Assembly: GCA_964016885.1 (NCBI GenBank)
Contig: OZ024741.1
Span: forward strand, 368,466,001 to 368,530,000
DNA length: 64,000 bases
Origin: Eledone cirrhosa
Lineage: Eukaryota
Direction of reading: 5' to 3'
Positions 1-18,488 of the stretch are shown piece after piece. The notes under the pieces were generated by a model that was not told where the DNA came from, ran no database searches, and saw only the letters and a list, made by a program, of their open reading frames with translations. The position numbers were made by a program, and so were the translations under genes. How positions within the stretch are numbered: the stretch's first letter is position 1; each line of letters starts with the position of its first letter.

Positions 1-1554
1 GTAAGACAAAAACAAAACAGAACTCTGGTGAAATGACATCGTGTGTGTGTGTGTGTTCCAGTTCATGTTTACATTTGTGACCATATTTGGTTGTGTCCTG
101 TAACTTAATATTTTGACAAAAGGGGTTTGATAAAATATATACCAGACTTTTAAAGTATAAGTACTGGATTGATATGATTGACTAAATTTCTTTAAAGCAG
201 TACTCCAGCAAGGCTGAAGTCTAATGACTGAAACCAAGAAGAAAAAGCTTGACAGATAGACAACACCTTGACAGAGAATACTCATTTCTAGTATAACAAA
301 AAAGAAAAACAAACAAAAAACTTTTGTCTTACATTTGTATTTCATGAATTCTACATAAAATTTTAGAATGTTTATGACTGCTGGTCACATTTGTGGGACA
401 GGTGATTAAAAGGGTGTACAGTTATTATAGATTGACAGTGTTTAGCAGCTACTACAGAGCCAGTGAGTGTGTAAGGAAACTTATAATAGTTTTAGCTTAC
501 TTTATGATCATCTGCTCTCATTAATTATGCTTTTAACATAAACTGAATTGGATTAAAAGACTCTGCATTTGTTCTGATTTACTGTACTCTATGTTCAAAT
601 CTCACCAAGGTCAACTTTGCCTCCATCCTTTTGGAGTCAATAAAACAGCAATGCAGAGGCAGTGGATAAGTGAAATTGTTAAAGAGTCGGATGGTTAACT
701 TTGTAGTATCTGGTCCAGTTCAAATTTTACCCCCATGTGCCAAGTATGGTGACTAGCAAACAGTAATAGTATCAACAATGGAAAGACCAAGGGTGACTTT
801 GCAGTATCTGGTCCAGTTCTTAGTGCTCTGAGTTCAAATTTTACCTCCATGTTCTATGTATTGACTGGGAAATAGTAATAGTATCAACAATGGAAAGACC
901 AATGGAAACTTTGTTTTCTTGGTTTGATCTGATTGGCTCTCTGCTTTTCCTTTATCTAATTCTAAAACATAGTATAGAATTCAAAAGGTTTGCAAAATGG
1001 AATAAATTACTTTGTTGTGAGAAAAAGATTAACATTTCACGCAGAGACTTCCTTTTCTCAACTACCATGAATGTCATCCAGTCATGAAGACCACATAATC
1101 TTTCATGTACGACACTATTGCAACTATACCTGCTAATAAAACAAGTTGTATTTTAAATGATTTTGAAAATAAGCAAACATTTGGATAAATCTAATAATAT
1201 AACATTAGGCAGCAAATTGGCAATTATTAGAATGTCGGAGAGAATACTTTGCGATATTTGTTCCATCTTTCTGTACTCTGGGTTCAAAACCTGCCTTTTA
1301 TCCTTTTGTGGTCAGTAAAAAAGAAAGTGCCAGTCTAGTACTGGGGTTGATTCTTCCTTTGTATCTCTTTCTAACTTCCCCTCTATCACTCTTTTTCTCT
1401 GGAATAAATCTACTTGTGTTCAGACCTGCAGAGGAGATGGACTCTGCCAGCTCTAAAAAATACCTATGTAACACCATATGTCACTATAGCACCCCTACAA
1501 CTCCAGCAAGAGTTGTGGGTAGAAAAAGAATATAACTTACTTTTTCATTATTAA

Positions 1555-1759
1555 CGCTTTAGCATTTAAACCAGCGATATCCAGCCAGAATTCTCTCACC
1601 TCTTTCTGTTCAAACCAGCTGTAACTGGCTGCTCATATCTATGTTAAGGTATTGTTCTCAAAATAAATATCAAAATTTCATAGATTTGATGTTATGTGAG
1701 ATAAAGCCTTTATTGTGAAAATATAATAGTATATATAGAGTAATGCAAATGCTAAAGGG
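1555..1759. mobile_element. piggyBac-type MITE family 1
   Basis: TTAA on both sides, TIRs C(G/C)CTTTAGCATT...AATGCTAAAGGG; homologous copies at 4520 and 31958. Confidence 0.85.
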
Positions 1760-2445
1760 TTAAGCTGATATTGAATGCAAAATTCTTTTGCTATTGCATT
1801 CACTTCACAGTTTTTATTTTCCTATTTAATCGTCTACTTTGTTAACTTGTATTCACAATCAAGTTAGATGCTGCTTTGTCTGTCATCTTGCCACGACAAA
1901 AAACACCCAGTCCACCTTGAAAGGGGGTCATACTGGCACCATGACGAAAAGGTACCCAGTCCATCCTATGGGGTGGTATTGCTGGTGCCACAAAAAAAAA
2001 AAGCTCCCTGTACTGTGTAATATAGAAGGGCATGCTTCTGTAGAAAACCAAGCCAAAAATGAATTGCATGAGCAAGACTTGGTTACCTGACTTGTCTAGC
2101 CTCATAACGTAGTAGCCCATCTAACCCATGCAAGCATGGAAAATAGACGTTAAATAGTGATGATGATGATGTTCACTGTGTTTGTTTCATCTCTGTCTCC
2201 AGTGTCTAAATATTCCATTAACCTTGACATATTAGTTTGTCTTCTATATAATAAACTAAGTGGTAATCATTGACATCATAATATGACTTTCAACTGTCAG
2301 TTAGCTATTTGTATTTGCTAATCAAGCATGCCTACGTATTGCTACAGGCTAGACTTCTTAAATCTTGGCAACCTTTGGACAAGGCCACTGCCCAACCATG
2401 GGAAAATGCCTGAAAAAACAGAAATTGGCTCCTAAGGCAAGCTCT

Positions 2446-2786
2446 CATCATCATCATTTCATTTTACGTCCGCTTTTTCCCTGCTTGCAAGGGTGGGACG
2501 GGAACTGATTCTGGCTCGATTTCTACAGCTGGATGCCCTTCCTAACACCAACCTCATTTACAGTGAGTGCTGGGTGCTTTTTTGCCGTGGCAGCTCTACG
2601 ACCACTTTGCAGTGGAATGATATGGACCCTAGTCCCTATCATCTCATTTCTACAGCTGCGTAAACTGGAGCAATGTGAAATAAAGTGTCTTGCTCAAGGA
2701 AACAACACATCACCCGGTCTGAGAATTGAACTCACAACCTTTTGATTGCAAGGCCAATGCTCTAACCACTAAGCCATGTGCCTCCA
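2446..2786 (-). mobile_element. Young tRNA-derived SINE family A (CORE-like body, RTE-type 3' tail)
   Basis: Head with A box TGGCTTAGTGG and B box GAGTTCAATTC, CCTTGAGCAAG core, (ATG)n tail; near-identical to three other copies. Confidence 0.9.
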
Positions 2787-4519
2787 CTAAGCTCTACTAA
2801 TGGAAATCATTTTGAAAATAATCAAGAATTCGGACAGATTTAATAATATAGCTTATAACGAACTTTCTTATTATATATTCCAAGTGTTTAAAACAAAGAA
2901 TTAAGATGGAAGGTTTTTAGATAAATATAAACATATGTCAAGACAAAACCACCCAGTCCACACTGTAAAGTGGTTGTGTAGGTGTCACAAGTGCCCAGCA
3001 CACACTGTAAATTTGGCTGGCATTGGGAAGGGCATCCAGCTGTAGAAACCAAGCCCAAATCAGTTCTGTGTGAGCGAATCACAGTCTTCCGACCTGATCT
3101 CTCGCAGGGGGACAGCCTGTCCTACCCATGCTAGCATAGAAGATGGATGTTAAACGATGATAATGATGATGATGATGATACACACTTTAAAACAGGCAGA
3201 TTTTGCTTATAGAACCAGGGTTATCAAAATAGTTGAAACAGGAAATAATGCAGCTAATAGTGCTTTTATTGTTTTGTGTCAGATAAATAGATATAATAGT
3301 ACAACGTACATGTTGGCAGATTTTATTAAATTTGAAACCTGCCATACAATTGGAGTTGTTGGATTGAAGTGTTCCAACATGGAAATACTTACCTGTACAC
3401 AGTCCACGCTGTAATGTGGTCGTGTAGGTAAGACGGTAAAAAGCTCCCAGTCCACACTGTAAATGTGATTGGTGTTAGGAAGGGCATCCAGCCGTAGAAA
3501 ACCTGCCAGATAGTCCTATATGAGTGAGACACGGTCACCCGACCAATATTGCCTCAAATGGGACAATTCCCGTCTAACCCATGCTAGCGTGGAAGATAGA
3601 CGTTAAACGATGATGATGATGATAGATTGGGGTTTTTTTTTTATAGTTTAATCAGATCGATGGGGGCAATGCATGTGACTTTTGTGAGAGTCTTCTGAAG
3701 GTGTATTTTAGACTACTCGGGCATGTGCAACCTATGGGCCGCATAGGATGTGTTTCATCATATGGTGGGCCACGCTACTAAAAAATTCAAGGCAGTTTTG
3801 AAATTAGGTGTCCCATTCAGAAAGCTAAACAGGATGCAGTTCGCCCATGACTGGTCTATTGCTATATGTTGTACAGCTCATTTGTTGGTTTAGCTGGCCT
3901 CATAGGAGGTTAATCAGGTGTTTTAATGTTAGGGGCCCCAGTCCTATCCTGAATAAACTTGCACCTTGCACCAGATGCCAATCCATTGCAAGAGTTAACT
4001 CTCAGTTGCAGCTGTTACTAATTTTTTTTAGCTGGGTATTTTTTTGCTCAAGAACACAATGTGCCATCTGGTCCAGGAATAGAACCTATGACTTTATGCT
4101 TGTGAGTCCAACATATTAACCTCTAGGCCTTCACATATGTGTAGTAGGTGTATAGTATAAATATGAAATATTTTTCTGACTCTGCAGTCTGTTGTAGACT
4201 AAATCTTGGTAAACCTAGATAAGTACCTCAACTGTTTAATATTTTCATTACCATATTCCTAATGAAAAACAATGCCTATGATTTCAAAAAAAAATTTGAA
4301 AATAAACATTTTCATCTTTAAGCTCATGTTTGAAACATACCAAAATGTTCTTAGACAAAATTATGATGGAAGGTTTAACTTCAAATATGAACACTTTAAA
4401 ATACACAGCCTTGTATTATAGAACCAGTGATGGTTTGATATCAGAAAGGTTAAGACCGGAGAGATTTACTAGTAACTTTAAGCCACGCGAAATAATTTTT
4501 CCACTTTGTTGCTGTTTAA

Positions 4520-4733
4520 CCCTTTAGCATTTAAACAGGCCATATCCGGCCAGAATTCTCTCACCTCTTTTTGTTCAAACCAACTATAACTGACCACTCA
4601 TACTGATGTTAAGGTATTGTTCTCAAAATAAATATCAAAATCTCAACGATTCGATACTATGTGAGATATGTAAGAAAAAGCCTTTACAGCAAAAATACAA
4701 TAGTATATATAGAGTAATATGAATACTAAAGGG
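4520..4733. mobile_element. piggyBac-type MITE family 1
   Basis: TTAA-CCCTTTAGCATT...AATACTAAAGGG-TTAA. Confidence 0.88.
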
Positions 4734-5906
4734 TTAATCCTCAGGTCAACTCTGATTCAGTTGACTTATGTTTAAAGTTTCCCAACCATGACCAATCCAT
4801 TTTTTATCCAGTGTGATACGAGAAAGATTTACCTGCTGTTTCTAACAGACCAAGCAACCATCTAGCTGTTCCTAGCCTTGTTGTCTTTCTAAGGTGCTTG
4901 ATCTGTTAAAATGATCTGTAAAAATCTATTGATGCTACATGTAGAGTTTGAACTGCTGACCTTTGGAATCTGTAGCAACAGTTACTGTACCTATTCAACC
5001 AGTTCCACTAATCTTAAAACTTATTTTATTATGTTGGTTGTACTGAGCTTGAACAAACAATATGCTAAATATATAAAGGTTTTGTGACAGCTGAGTGAGT
5101 ATACAGAGATGTAGATGGAAGGAAGGGGAGTAAGATTTAAAGTCAACTTTGTGTAATGTGTGTATTAGTGTTTGTATAATGTATGTGTGTGTATATGTGT
5201 ATTAGTGTTTGTGTAATATGTGTGTATATGTGTAATATGTGAGATATATATAGTTTGTGTGTGTGTGTCTGGAGCTGAAGTGAAATTCCTGTTGAAGACA
5301 ATTGTCAAAAATAGATTGGTTAATGTGATTTTGATGAGAAATTATAATTGAAAACTTGTTATTGTGATGCATGTATATATGTGATCATCATTTTATATTT
5401 GCTTTCTACACTAGCATGGTTGGACGGGTTTTCATGGTCTGAGACTAGATGGTTTGGAGCAAACTCATGTTGCTCATACATTCCATAGTTTCTATGGCTT
5501 GATACCATTCATAACAACCATCACCTTGGAGAGTGTAGTGGTTGTTTTTGTTTTTTTGTTTTTTTTTTGTGGCATCAGCACTACCACATCAGAATGAACT
5601 GGATGCATTTTATTGTGGCATGAATACTCCATGTGGTTTGGTTATGCAGACTGTACATGTGATCCTGTCCAATGCTCAAACAATTCCACAAATTCACCAT
5701 GCTAGATTGGGATTACTTATCATCTCTGAAAGGATACAAGGCCAAGTTTGACATTAGAGAGGTGGAAAAAATTATCATTACAAGCAAATTTAATTTGATG
5801 CACTACCAACTCTGTCTAATCCCATGAATAATTAGTTATGAAAGTTTCAGAAAATTCAGTTACTTAATTTTTCTTGCATTTATTCTTGTTTGTACATAAA
5901 CAAACA

Positions 5907-5950
<44 letters not shown>

Positions 5951-5952
5951 CA

Positions 5953-6011
<59 letters not shown>

Positions 6012-6089
6012 AAGCTTTTGATTGTGTGTGTCCACTTTAAACTCAGAAACTAACATATGGACACCCACAAAATTACTTATATATATTCA

Positions 6090-6425
6090 TGGAGGCACAT
6101 GGCTTAGTGGTTAGAGCTTGCAATCGAAAGGTTGTGAGTTCAATTCTCAGACCAGGTGATGTGTTGTTTCCTTGAGCAAGACCCTTTATTTCACATTGCT
6201 CCAGTTTACTCAGCTGTAGAAATGAGATGATAGGGACTGGAGTCCCTATCATTCCACTGCAAAGTGGTCGTGGAGGTGCCACAGCAAAAAAGCACCCAGC
6301 ACTCACTGTAAATGAGGTTGGTGTTAGGAAGGGCATCCAGCTGTAGAAATCAAGCCAGAATCAGTTCCCGTCCCACCCTTGCAAGCAGGGAAAAAGCGGA
6401 CGTAAAATGAAATGATGAAATGATG
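6090..6425 (+). mobile_element. Young SINE family A
   Basis: Same consensus; flanked by an atattca direct repeat (TSD). Confidence 0.9.
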
Positions 6426-6489
6426 ATATTCACTAGATCGTCGGACAAGTAATGGTAACAATATTTTTGCTTTATGAAGCAAGGAATCC

Positions 6490-8010
6490 ATTTCTTAACA
6501 ATGGTGCTACTCCGGAGCATTGGAAAACTGCCAGTGTCATTCCTCTGTTCAAAAAGAGCGACCGCACATCACCTGTCAACTATCGTCCAGTCAGTCTTAC
6601 TAGCTGTATTGCCAAACTGATGGAATCTTGTGTCAGAGAAACACTTTGGAACTTCTGGAGCTCTCACAGCCTCATCCGGCCTCGCAATTTGGATTTATCC
6701 CTAACTCCAACTGCTGTGATCAGTTTATCGAGTTCCTTGAAGACATTACCCGGATCACTGACAGCGGCTCATGTGTGGATGTTGTTTACCTTGACTTTGC
6801 TATGGCTTTTAATTCTGTGCCACACAAAAGACTTATGGCGAAACTCTCTGCAATGGGTGTGAAGGATGATCTTTTTAACTGGTTGAAATCCTTCATTCTC
6901 AGCCGAAAAGAGGTAGTCATGGTTCTAGGACAGCATTCTTCACCATATGAGATGTCATCTGGTGTATCACAGGGATCTGTTCTTGGTCCCTTTTTGTTTG
7001 TTACATACCTTAATGACATAGATGCCAACTTAAAGAATGCCACAGTACTGAAATATGCAGATGACATTAAGCTGTACCTTGAAATCAAAAGGACAGATCC
7101 TGAAATCTATAACTCTTTCCTACAATCAGACCTGGACACAATGCAGCAATGGGCACAGACTGGCAACTGAAGCTGGCTGTGGACAAGTGTACCACCATGC
7201 ATTTTGGGAGGAAAAATCCAGCGTCCACATACTCCCTCCACAACACTGATATCAAGAAGTCCTCTTGTGAACGTGACCTGGGCATTACTGTCAGCAGCGA
7301 TTTGCGTTTGACAAAGCACATCTCTAAAATTGTCAAGAAGGCCGAGGGTGTCTTGGCATCACTCAGCAAGACCTTTGTTAGCCGCTCTCCAGCCATCTAT
7401 TTAAAGCTGTATACAGCTATGGTATGACCACACTTGAAATTTGCATCATCAGTCTGGAACCCCTATCTTGCTCAGAACATTGACTTCCTGGAAATTGTTC
7501 AGAGACGTGCAACCAAGCGCATACCATACTCTGAATGCCTTGCTTCCCTGAGCATGGATTCATTGAAGCTCCGACGTCTGGCAATGGACTTGGTAAACAC
7601 CGACAAAGTTATTAACCATTTCGCCAACAATAACCCTGAGCACCTTTTTGTTCTCCATGTGTCTAACACACGTGGACATGCCTACAAAGTCAGAAAAAGG
7701 CACAGCTCCCATGACTTTCGGAAACATTTTTTCACGCTTAGAGTTGCTGAAGCATAGAACAAACTGCCTGCGTCAGTTGTTAGCTGCCGAGACACTGCAT
7801 CCTTTAAAACCCTCATGCTTCCCGAAATTCAACAAACCTACATCTGATGTCCCCTTTCCATACACATGCACACGTGTATATCATGATTCATGCATTGTTC
7901 ATTTTCCTGATGTACTATACCTGTATGTACTATACATACACTTTTGATGAGTTTGTAGTGCACCTAAGCACTGTACACAATATTTTCATTATTATTATAT
8001 CATTATTATT
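6490..8010 (+). mobile_element. 5'-truncated, frameshifted CR1-clade LINE (reverse transcriptase)
   Basis: WKTASVIPLFKK..R....NYRPVSLTS, VYLDFAMAFNSVPH, GVSQGSVLGP, YADDIKLY, ERDLGI, VQRRATK; (ATT)n tail. Confidence 0.92.
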
Positions 8011-10606
8011 AAATTCAGTTTCCTTATGCATATCGAAATAAGCCGTCCATTTTGTTTTGTTTCTCCATTCTACAGAGAAAGAGAAAGAAAGAAGAGACAC
8101 TACGAGAGAGTGAGGGGGATGGGTAGAGAAAGAAAGAAAACAGAAAACATGAGAGATAACTTTGTTCAATAAATATGGGACCGTAATTGGGGATGGGTAC
8201 ATAAACTTTATTAAAGAATATCTGCAATTTATATTATATATACCAATGGGTTATGTACCAGTAAATAATCTGTATTGTAGATGAAATATATTATAATACT
8301 AATTCTTTATAATATTGATTCTCTTCAATGGGTGTTTCTTTTTAAGGATTATCATTGGCATTGAGCTTTGTCTCTTATATACACACACACAGACATTAAC
8401 ATTCACTCACACACATTAGCATTCACATACACTCACACATACATACACATTCACATACCTATCATTCACGCGCACACACATCTGTGCTTAAATTAATCTG
8501 TTGTCCTTCAAGTTGGGACTTTTTCTTATTTAGTTTTGCTGACATGTGGAATTAAATGAGTTGGTGAAGTTTTGTTTTATTTTATTTATTGTTGTTGGAG
8601 ATTATTTTTAGGGTCTTTGAGTCAGTTGAGTAAAGATAGTTACATTGTTTTCAACTGCTACAAATTCATCACTTGAAAGAGGGGGAGCAGACTTTTAACC
8701 TTTTTGATGCCAATCCATCTAAAACCACCCCCAGGTCTATGATACAAATCTGTTTATTTTAAAGTGTCTATATTTATCTAAAAACCCTAATTTTATGTAA
8801 GAACCTTAAAGTTTTGCTCTAAATCCCAGCTTGATTTTATATTACTAAAATTATTATCAAAATTATCAAAATTATTAGAAATCATCATCTTTTAAGTTTA
8901 CTTTCCCTGCTAGCAAGGGTTGGATGGGTCTACATGACCAAGTCAGTACTGAAATGAAGCTAGTGATTTCCCAGACAGGCTGCGAGGGTTCTGCATCTCA
9001 CTTACGTAAAATATAGTAATGACAGGGTTAACTAGATGAATTATAGTGAAAAGGGATTGATGGGTGGGGGTGGGGGGTGGGGGGGGGTAAGTGTCTAATA
9101 ATAGATCCTCTATTGATTTTGATGATGTACATGGTCATTTGATCAACTGAATTAACGTATAAGTGGTTGAGTATTCCACAGATAAATGTACTCTTAATGT
9201 ACTCTTAGGGAGAATCAGCATGACACGTGACAAAAGCTGAGCCTTCCTATGAATTACAGAAACAATCCATCCAACAGGCTTCTACACAGTAACTGTCTAA
9301 CCAATTTCACTCACAAGATTTGGGTTGACCTGAAGCTATTATAAAAACTCCAGATGCCATGTAGTTTAGCTTCGTGATTGTGAAGTGTTAGCCATACCTG
9401 CATCCACTAAGTATATTGCTTGAGCTATTAGAGGAGGGACTGTGTAGCCAATTATTGTTGTTACAGCTCACACCTATGTAGGTTTTGCTGGCCTCATAGG
9501 AGGCTTTTTTAGTGATTTAATTGATAGGGGCCCCAGTCTTGTGAGGTCAAGGGAAAAAATAAAAGCAGTTTAGTTATTTCAAAGCTTCTGTCTAGTCATA
9601 AAAATTGTTGGATGCTAAATGTGATGCAGCATGCAATATGCTAGTGATATTCCCTGTCATAATGTATCTCACAATCATTGTCCTACACATTCAATCAACT
9701 ACTAGTTGCTACACAGTTGTACAAGTTAATATCCCAGGTCAGACAAGATCATGATGTATTAGTCATATTGGTTGTTCTTAACTTACCTATCTTAAGGATA
9801 TGATTGATTGCCATAAGTTCAGCTAATGTTGACTAGTCTTATCCAACAGTAATTAGCTCTCTGCAACTTTATAGATTGCAGCCTTTTTTCTTTTTTTTTT
9901 ATTACATTGATTTCTGCTTGTGAGTGAATATGGATATCATTAAGGTTCATAATCCGTAGCATTAGCCATTGTTCTTATACAATCCATTTAAGGGGAGTGC
10001 TGATGTTCAGATTTACTTTACATATATTTCAGTGACAGATTGAGAAATTAGATATAATCTTTTACTTTTTTTAAATTCATTTTACTGGTTTGTCATTGGG
10101 CTGCGACCATGCTGGAGTATTGCCATCTAGAGTTTATTCACTCACATTGACCACAGTACTTTTTTTTTTTTTTCGTGGATCTCTGTTTGTTGAACTGTTA
10201 AATTACATCAGTTAAGCAGTGTAGATATAAACGTAGACATGGCCAAACACACACATACACACTCATATGTACACATATAAACATGCACACACACATTTCA
10301 TTTTTGTATTTGTTTTGCAAGATTCTTGATGTAAAGTGTGTTCAGATATTGTACATTGAGAGTCATGATTCCAATCAAAAGCACATGCTCTGATTACATT
10401 TTACTTCCTTTCACAACATTCCTTTATTTCATCTCTTTTCTTCCATATTTCATCTCCTTTCTCCTTTTGTTCACCTACTACTACGCTATGCTACACTATA
10501 TATATATGTATGTATGTATTTAAAGGGTAAACAGAAATAACAACACAATCGGTACAGTATATGGAAGGAATATATTAGGTTAACGCTTGAAATAACAGGA
10601 AGAGGG

Positions 10607-10642
10607 TCTTAACGTTTCAGACGCTAGTCCTTCATCAGAAGA
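10607..10642 (-). ncRNA. Minimal PLE-type hammerhead motif in a solo PLE terminal fragment (about 10520-10700)
   Basis: Minus strand TCTT-CTGATGA-A-GGAC TAGC GTCT-GAAAC-GTT-AAGA. Confidence 0.7.
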
Positions 10643-10881
10643 ATGAGAAATTAGATAGATTGAAGGGACGGGCAGGGTGAGGGAACTTGATAAGGGTTGC
10701 ATGTATATATATATATATGTGTGTGTGTATATATATATATTTGTGTGTGTGTATGTATATATATGTGTGTGTGTGTATGTATATATATATGTGTGCGTGT
10801 ATGTATATATATGTGTGTGTGTGTGTATGTATATATATATATGTGTGTGTGTATATATATATGTGTGTATGTGTATATATA

Positions 10882-11213
10882 TGGAGGCACATGGCTTAGT
10901 GGTTAGAGCATTGGCCTTGCAATCGAAAGGTTGTGAGTTCAATTCTCAGACCGGGTGATGTGTTGTTTCCTTGAGCAAGACACTTTATTTCACATTGCTC
11001 CAGTTTCCTCAGCTGTAGAAATGAGATGATAGGGACTGGGGTCCATATCATTCCACTGCAAAGTGGTCGTGCAGGTGCCATGGCAAAAATGCACCCAGCA
11101 CTCACTGTAAATGAGGTTGGTGTTAGGAAGGGCATCCAGCTGTAGAAATCAAGCCAGAATCAGTTCCCGTCCCACCCTTGCAAGCAAGGAAAAAGTGGAC
11201 GTAAAATGAAATG

Positions 11214-11214
<1 letters not shown>
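10882..11214 (+). mobile_element. Young SINE family A inserted in a TA/TG microsatellite
   Basis: Near-identical to the 2446, 6090 and 29604 copies. Confidence 0.9.
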
Positions 11215-11261
<47 letters not shown>

Positions 11262-11468
11262 GTGTGTGTGTGTATAAACAGCACGGACACTCTATCTCAA
11301 AATTATTTTTGAAAAGCATTTAGAAATGCGCAACCGGTAAAAACTTAAAAACTTTAAACCACAACTGAATACTAACCCATACAATCACTAATACTCTTTT
11401 ATTCCTAATTAAACCATTTTTCAACTGTGAACAATTTGTCAGCATTTTCTATTCCGTTTACCAATATA

Positions 11469-11501
<33 letters not shown>

Positions 11502-11504
11502 GTG

Positions 11505-11535
<31 letters not shown>

Positions 11536-11580
11536 GTGTATATATATATGTGTATATATATATGTATATATATATATATA

Positions 11581-13398
<1,818 letters not shown>

Positions 13399-13405
13399 AT
13401 ATATA

Positions 13406-13436
<31 letters not shown>

Positions 13437-13623
13437 GTGTATATATATATATGTGTATATATATATATGTGTATATATATATATATATATATGTGTATAT
13501 ATATATATATATATGTGTATATATATATATATATGTGTATATATATATATATATATATGTGTGTATATATATATATATATGTGTGTATATATATATATAT
13601 ATATGTGTGTATATATATATATA

Positions 13624-13662
<39 letters not shown>

Positions 13663-13677
13663 ATATATATATATATA

Positions 13678-13762
<85 letters not shown>

Positions 13763-13795
13763 GTGTATATATATATATGTGTATATATATATATA

Positions 13796-15230
13796 TCATC
13801 ATCATCATCATCATCAACGTTTAACGTCCGTGTTCCACGCTTGCATGGGTTTGGACGGGGGTAGTCCCACTTGAGGCAAGAGTGATTGTCTTGCTCGCAT
13901 AGGACTGTCTGGCAGGTTTTCTACAGTTGGATGCCCTTCCTAACACCAACCACATTTACAGTGTGGGTCTGGGAGGTTTTTACCGTGTTGCCTACACGGC
14001 CACATTACAGCGTGGACTGTGTGTTTTTTTGTCGTGACACCTACACGATCTCATTTGTTTCGGCCCGGATGGCGCGGCACCAACATAACTTTACATAGGA
14101 CGGGGTGGTGTGGATGGGGTGGGGGTGGTGGTGGTGGGACGGGGTGTATTTTGTTAGAGATGCCTACTGGCAAGGCGGGTCTTCTCTGTTACTGAGTACC
14201 GCCAAAGGTCTCGGTCCAGTGACATTGTCTTGGAGAGGTGTAAGTGTGTGAGGTCGGAGTTTATCAGCTCGTCCCAGGTTTTTCTAGGTCTGCCTATTCC
14301 GTGGCTACCGTCTATCTTTATTGCCCTGCACTTTGTTATACAGCTATCGACTTTCATGCGCATCACGTGTCCATACCAACGTAGCCTTCTCTCGAGTAAA
14401 CAACATCTGATCCCTCTTATCTCTAATTTTTTCCTTAGTTCGTTTATGCTTTGCCGTTCACGTATATTACTGTTACACATCCAGCGGAGCATGCAAGCTT
14501 CGTTCCTCTCTAGTCTGCGTATATCCTCTGCACACAATGCCCAGGTCTCACTGCCATGCAACATTGCTGTTCGTATGCAGGCATCGTACAACCTGCCTTT
14601 CATTTTTAGGGAGAACCCTTTAGCAGCTAATAGTGGTATAAGCTCTCTGAACTTTTTCCAACCAGTTCTGACTCTAGCTACAGTACTTTCAGAGCACCCT
14701 CCCCCACTGCTGATTTTATCGCCCAGGTAACGGAAGCTGTCCACTATTTCTATAGAACCCTCTGCGCAATTGAAAGAGCTAGTATTGTGTGGGCACTTGC
14801 TGCTACTTATTGCACCAGAACACCGGCCACATGTAAAATCTATGTTCTTAGTTAGCTTACCTGTGATCCCACTACATCTTTTATGCACCCATACTTTGCA
14901 TTTAGGACACAAAATGGAGTTTCTACCTACGCCTTTCCTACACACCGAGCACGACCATTTCCCAGAAGGGACCGCCGCCTTGTTTTCTTTCCTACAAACT
15001 AGAACTTTGGTCTTAGCCAGGTTAATTTTAAGTCCTTTTGACTCTAGGCCGTGCTTCCATGTTTGGAATTTCTTCTCTAGCTCGGCCATTGATTCCGCTA
15101 TGAGTGTCAGGTCGTCTGCGTATAGGAGTTCCCATGGGCAGCCTGTCTTGAACTCCTCTGTTATAGCCTGAAGGGCAATAATAAATAGTAGGGGGCTGAG
15201 AACAGAGCCCTGATGGACGCCAACTTTTAC
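13796..15230 (-). mobile_element. 5'-truncated RTE-clade LINE with an open RT C-terminal frame (14154-15230) and 3' UTR
   Basis: [22 protein letters not shown]-like Cys/His insert, [24 protein letters not shown]; (ATG)n tail; both ends abut (TA)n. Confidence 0.95.
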
Positions 15231-15285
15231 GTGTATATATATATATATATGTGTATATATATATATGTGTATATATATATATATA

Positions 15286-15316
<31 letters not shown>

Positions 15317-15347
15317 GTGTATATATATATATATGTGTATATATATA

Positions 15348-15378
<31 letters not shown>

Positions 15379-15461
15379 GTGTATATATATATATATATGT
15401 GTATATATATATATATGTGTATATATATATATATATATATGTGTATATATATATATATGTG

Positions 15462-15550
<89 letters not shown>

Positions 15551-15703
15551 ATGTATATATATATGTGTATGTATATATATATATATATATGTGTGTATGT
15601 ATATATATATGTGTATGTATATATATATATATATGTGTATGTATATATATATATGTGTGTATGTATATATATATGTGTATGTATATATATATATATATAT
15701 GTG

Positions 15704-15757
<54 letters not shown>

Positions 15758-15759
<2 letters not shown>

Positions 15760-16363
15760 AGGTCACCACTTGGTGCTACTGGTAACATGTATCCCAGTAC
15801 AACCTGTCTCATGGTCGGGTCGTTGGCGACTAAACTGGCAACCCCACCAAGGTTTCTTGGTGAGGACGGTGACTTTGGACATCCTGCAGGACTAAAAACA
15901 AAACCTGTCAAAGGGCAAAGGAGCTCTTAAGAGTCAATGACCATCCAAAATCACTGGGAGAGATGACCCCTTAGCCTTTGTCAAGGCAGAATTCTAGGAG
16001 AAGGAAAACTCTGATATAACACCTGCAACCCTGATGGTATCCAATGATGTTGACTTGTTCTTCTTTTTGGTAAATATCATCTTGGTTAAGAGAGTGGGAC
16101 TGGCTTTGTGCAGTGCCTTTGCTCACTATAAAAGCTTCATGGCACAGGCATTGCTTTGTATCTGGAGATCTCTCTGCACTTGTCGTCACATGGTACCAAA
16201 GGTAAAGCACTATGTGTCAATAATTGTCACAAGTGTAGTGTTTGTACCAGAGTTTTCAAGTCGCTGGCTGGACTAAAAAGTCACACTCGTTCAGCGCATC
16301 GGTAGGGGTTCTCCTACATGGATATAAAGTAGTGGCTGTACTTGAAAACGAGTTGGCAGCCAC

Positions 16364-16365
<2 letters not shown>
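15758..16365 (+). mobile_element. Short internally deleted RTE-like element (5' UTR joined to a C2H2-encoding 3' end)
   Basis: GAGAAGGAAAACTCTGAT RTE-5'-like motif; terminal [22 protein letters not shown] zinc knuckle; flanked by (TA)n. Confidence 0.55.

Positions 16366-18488
<2,123 letters not shown>

Noticed and set aside
10882-10955. tRNA gene
   Set aside because: tRNA-like A/B boxes are the head of a multicopy SINE; no proper acceptor stem or terminator
14154-15911. 585-aa ORF as a single protein
   Set aside because: Chimera of an RTE RT frame, a microsatellite and the reverse strand of a different element
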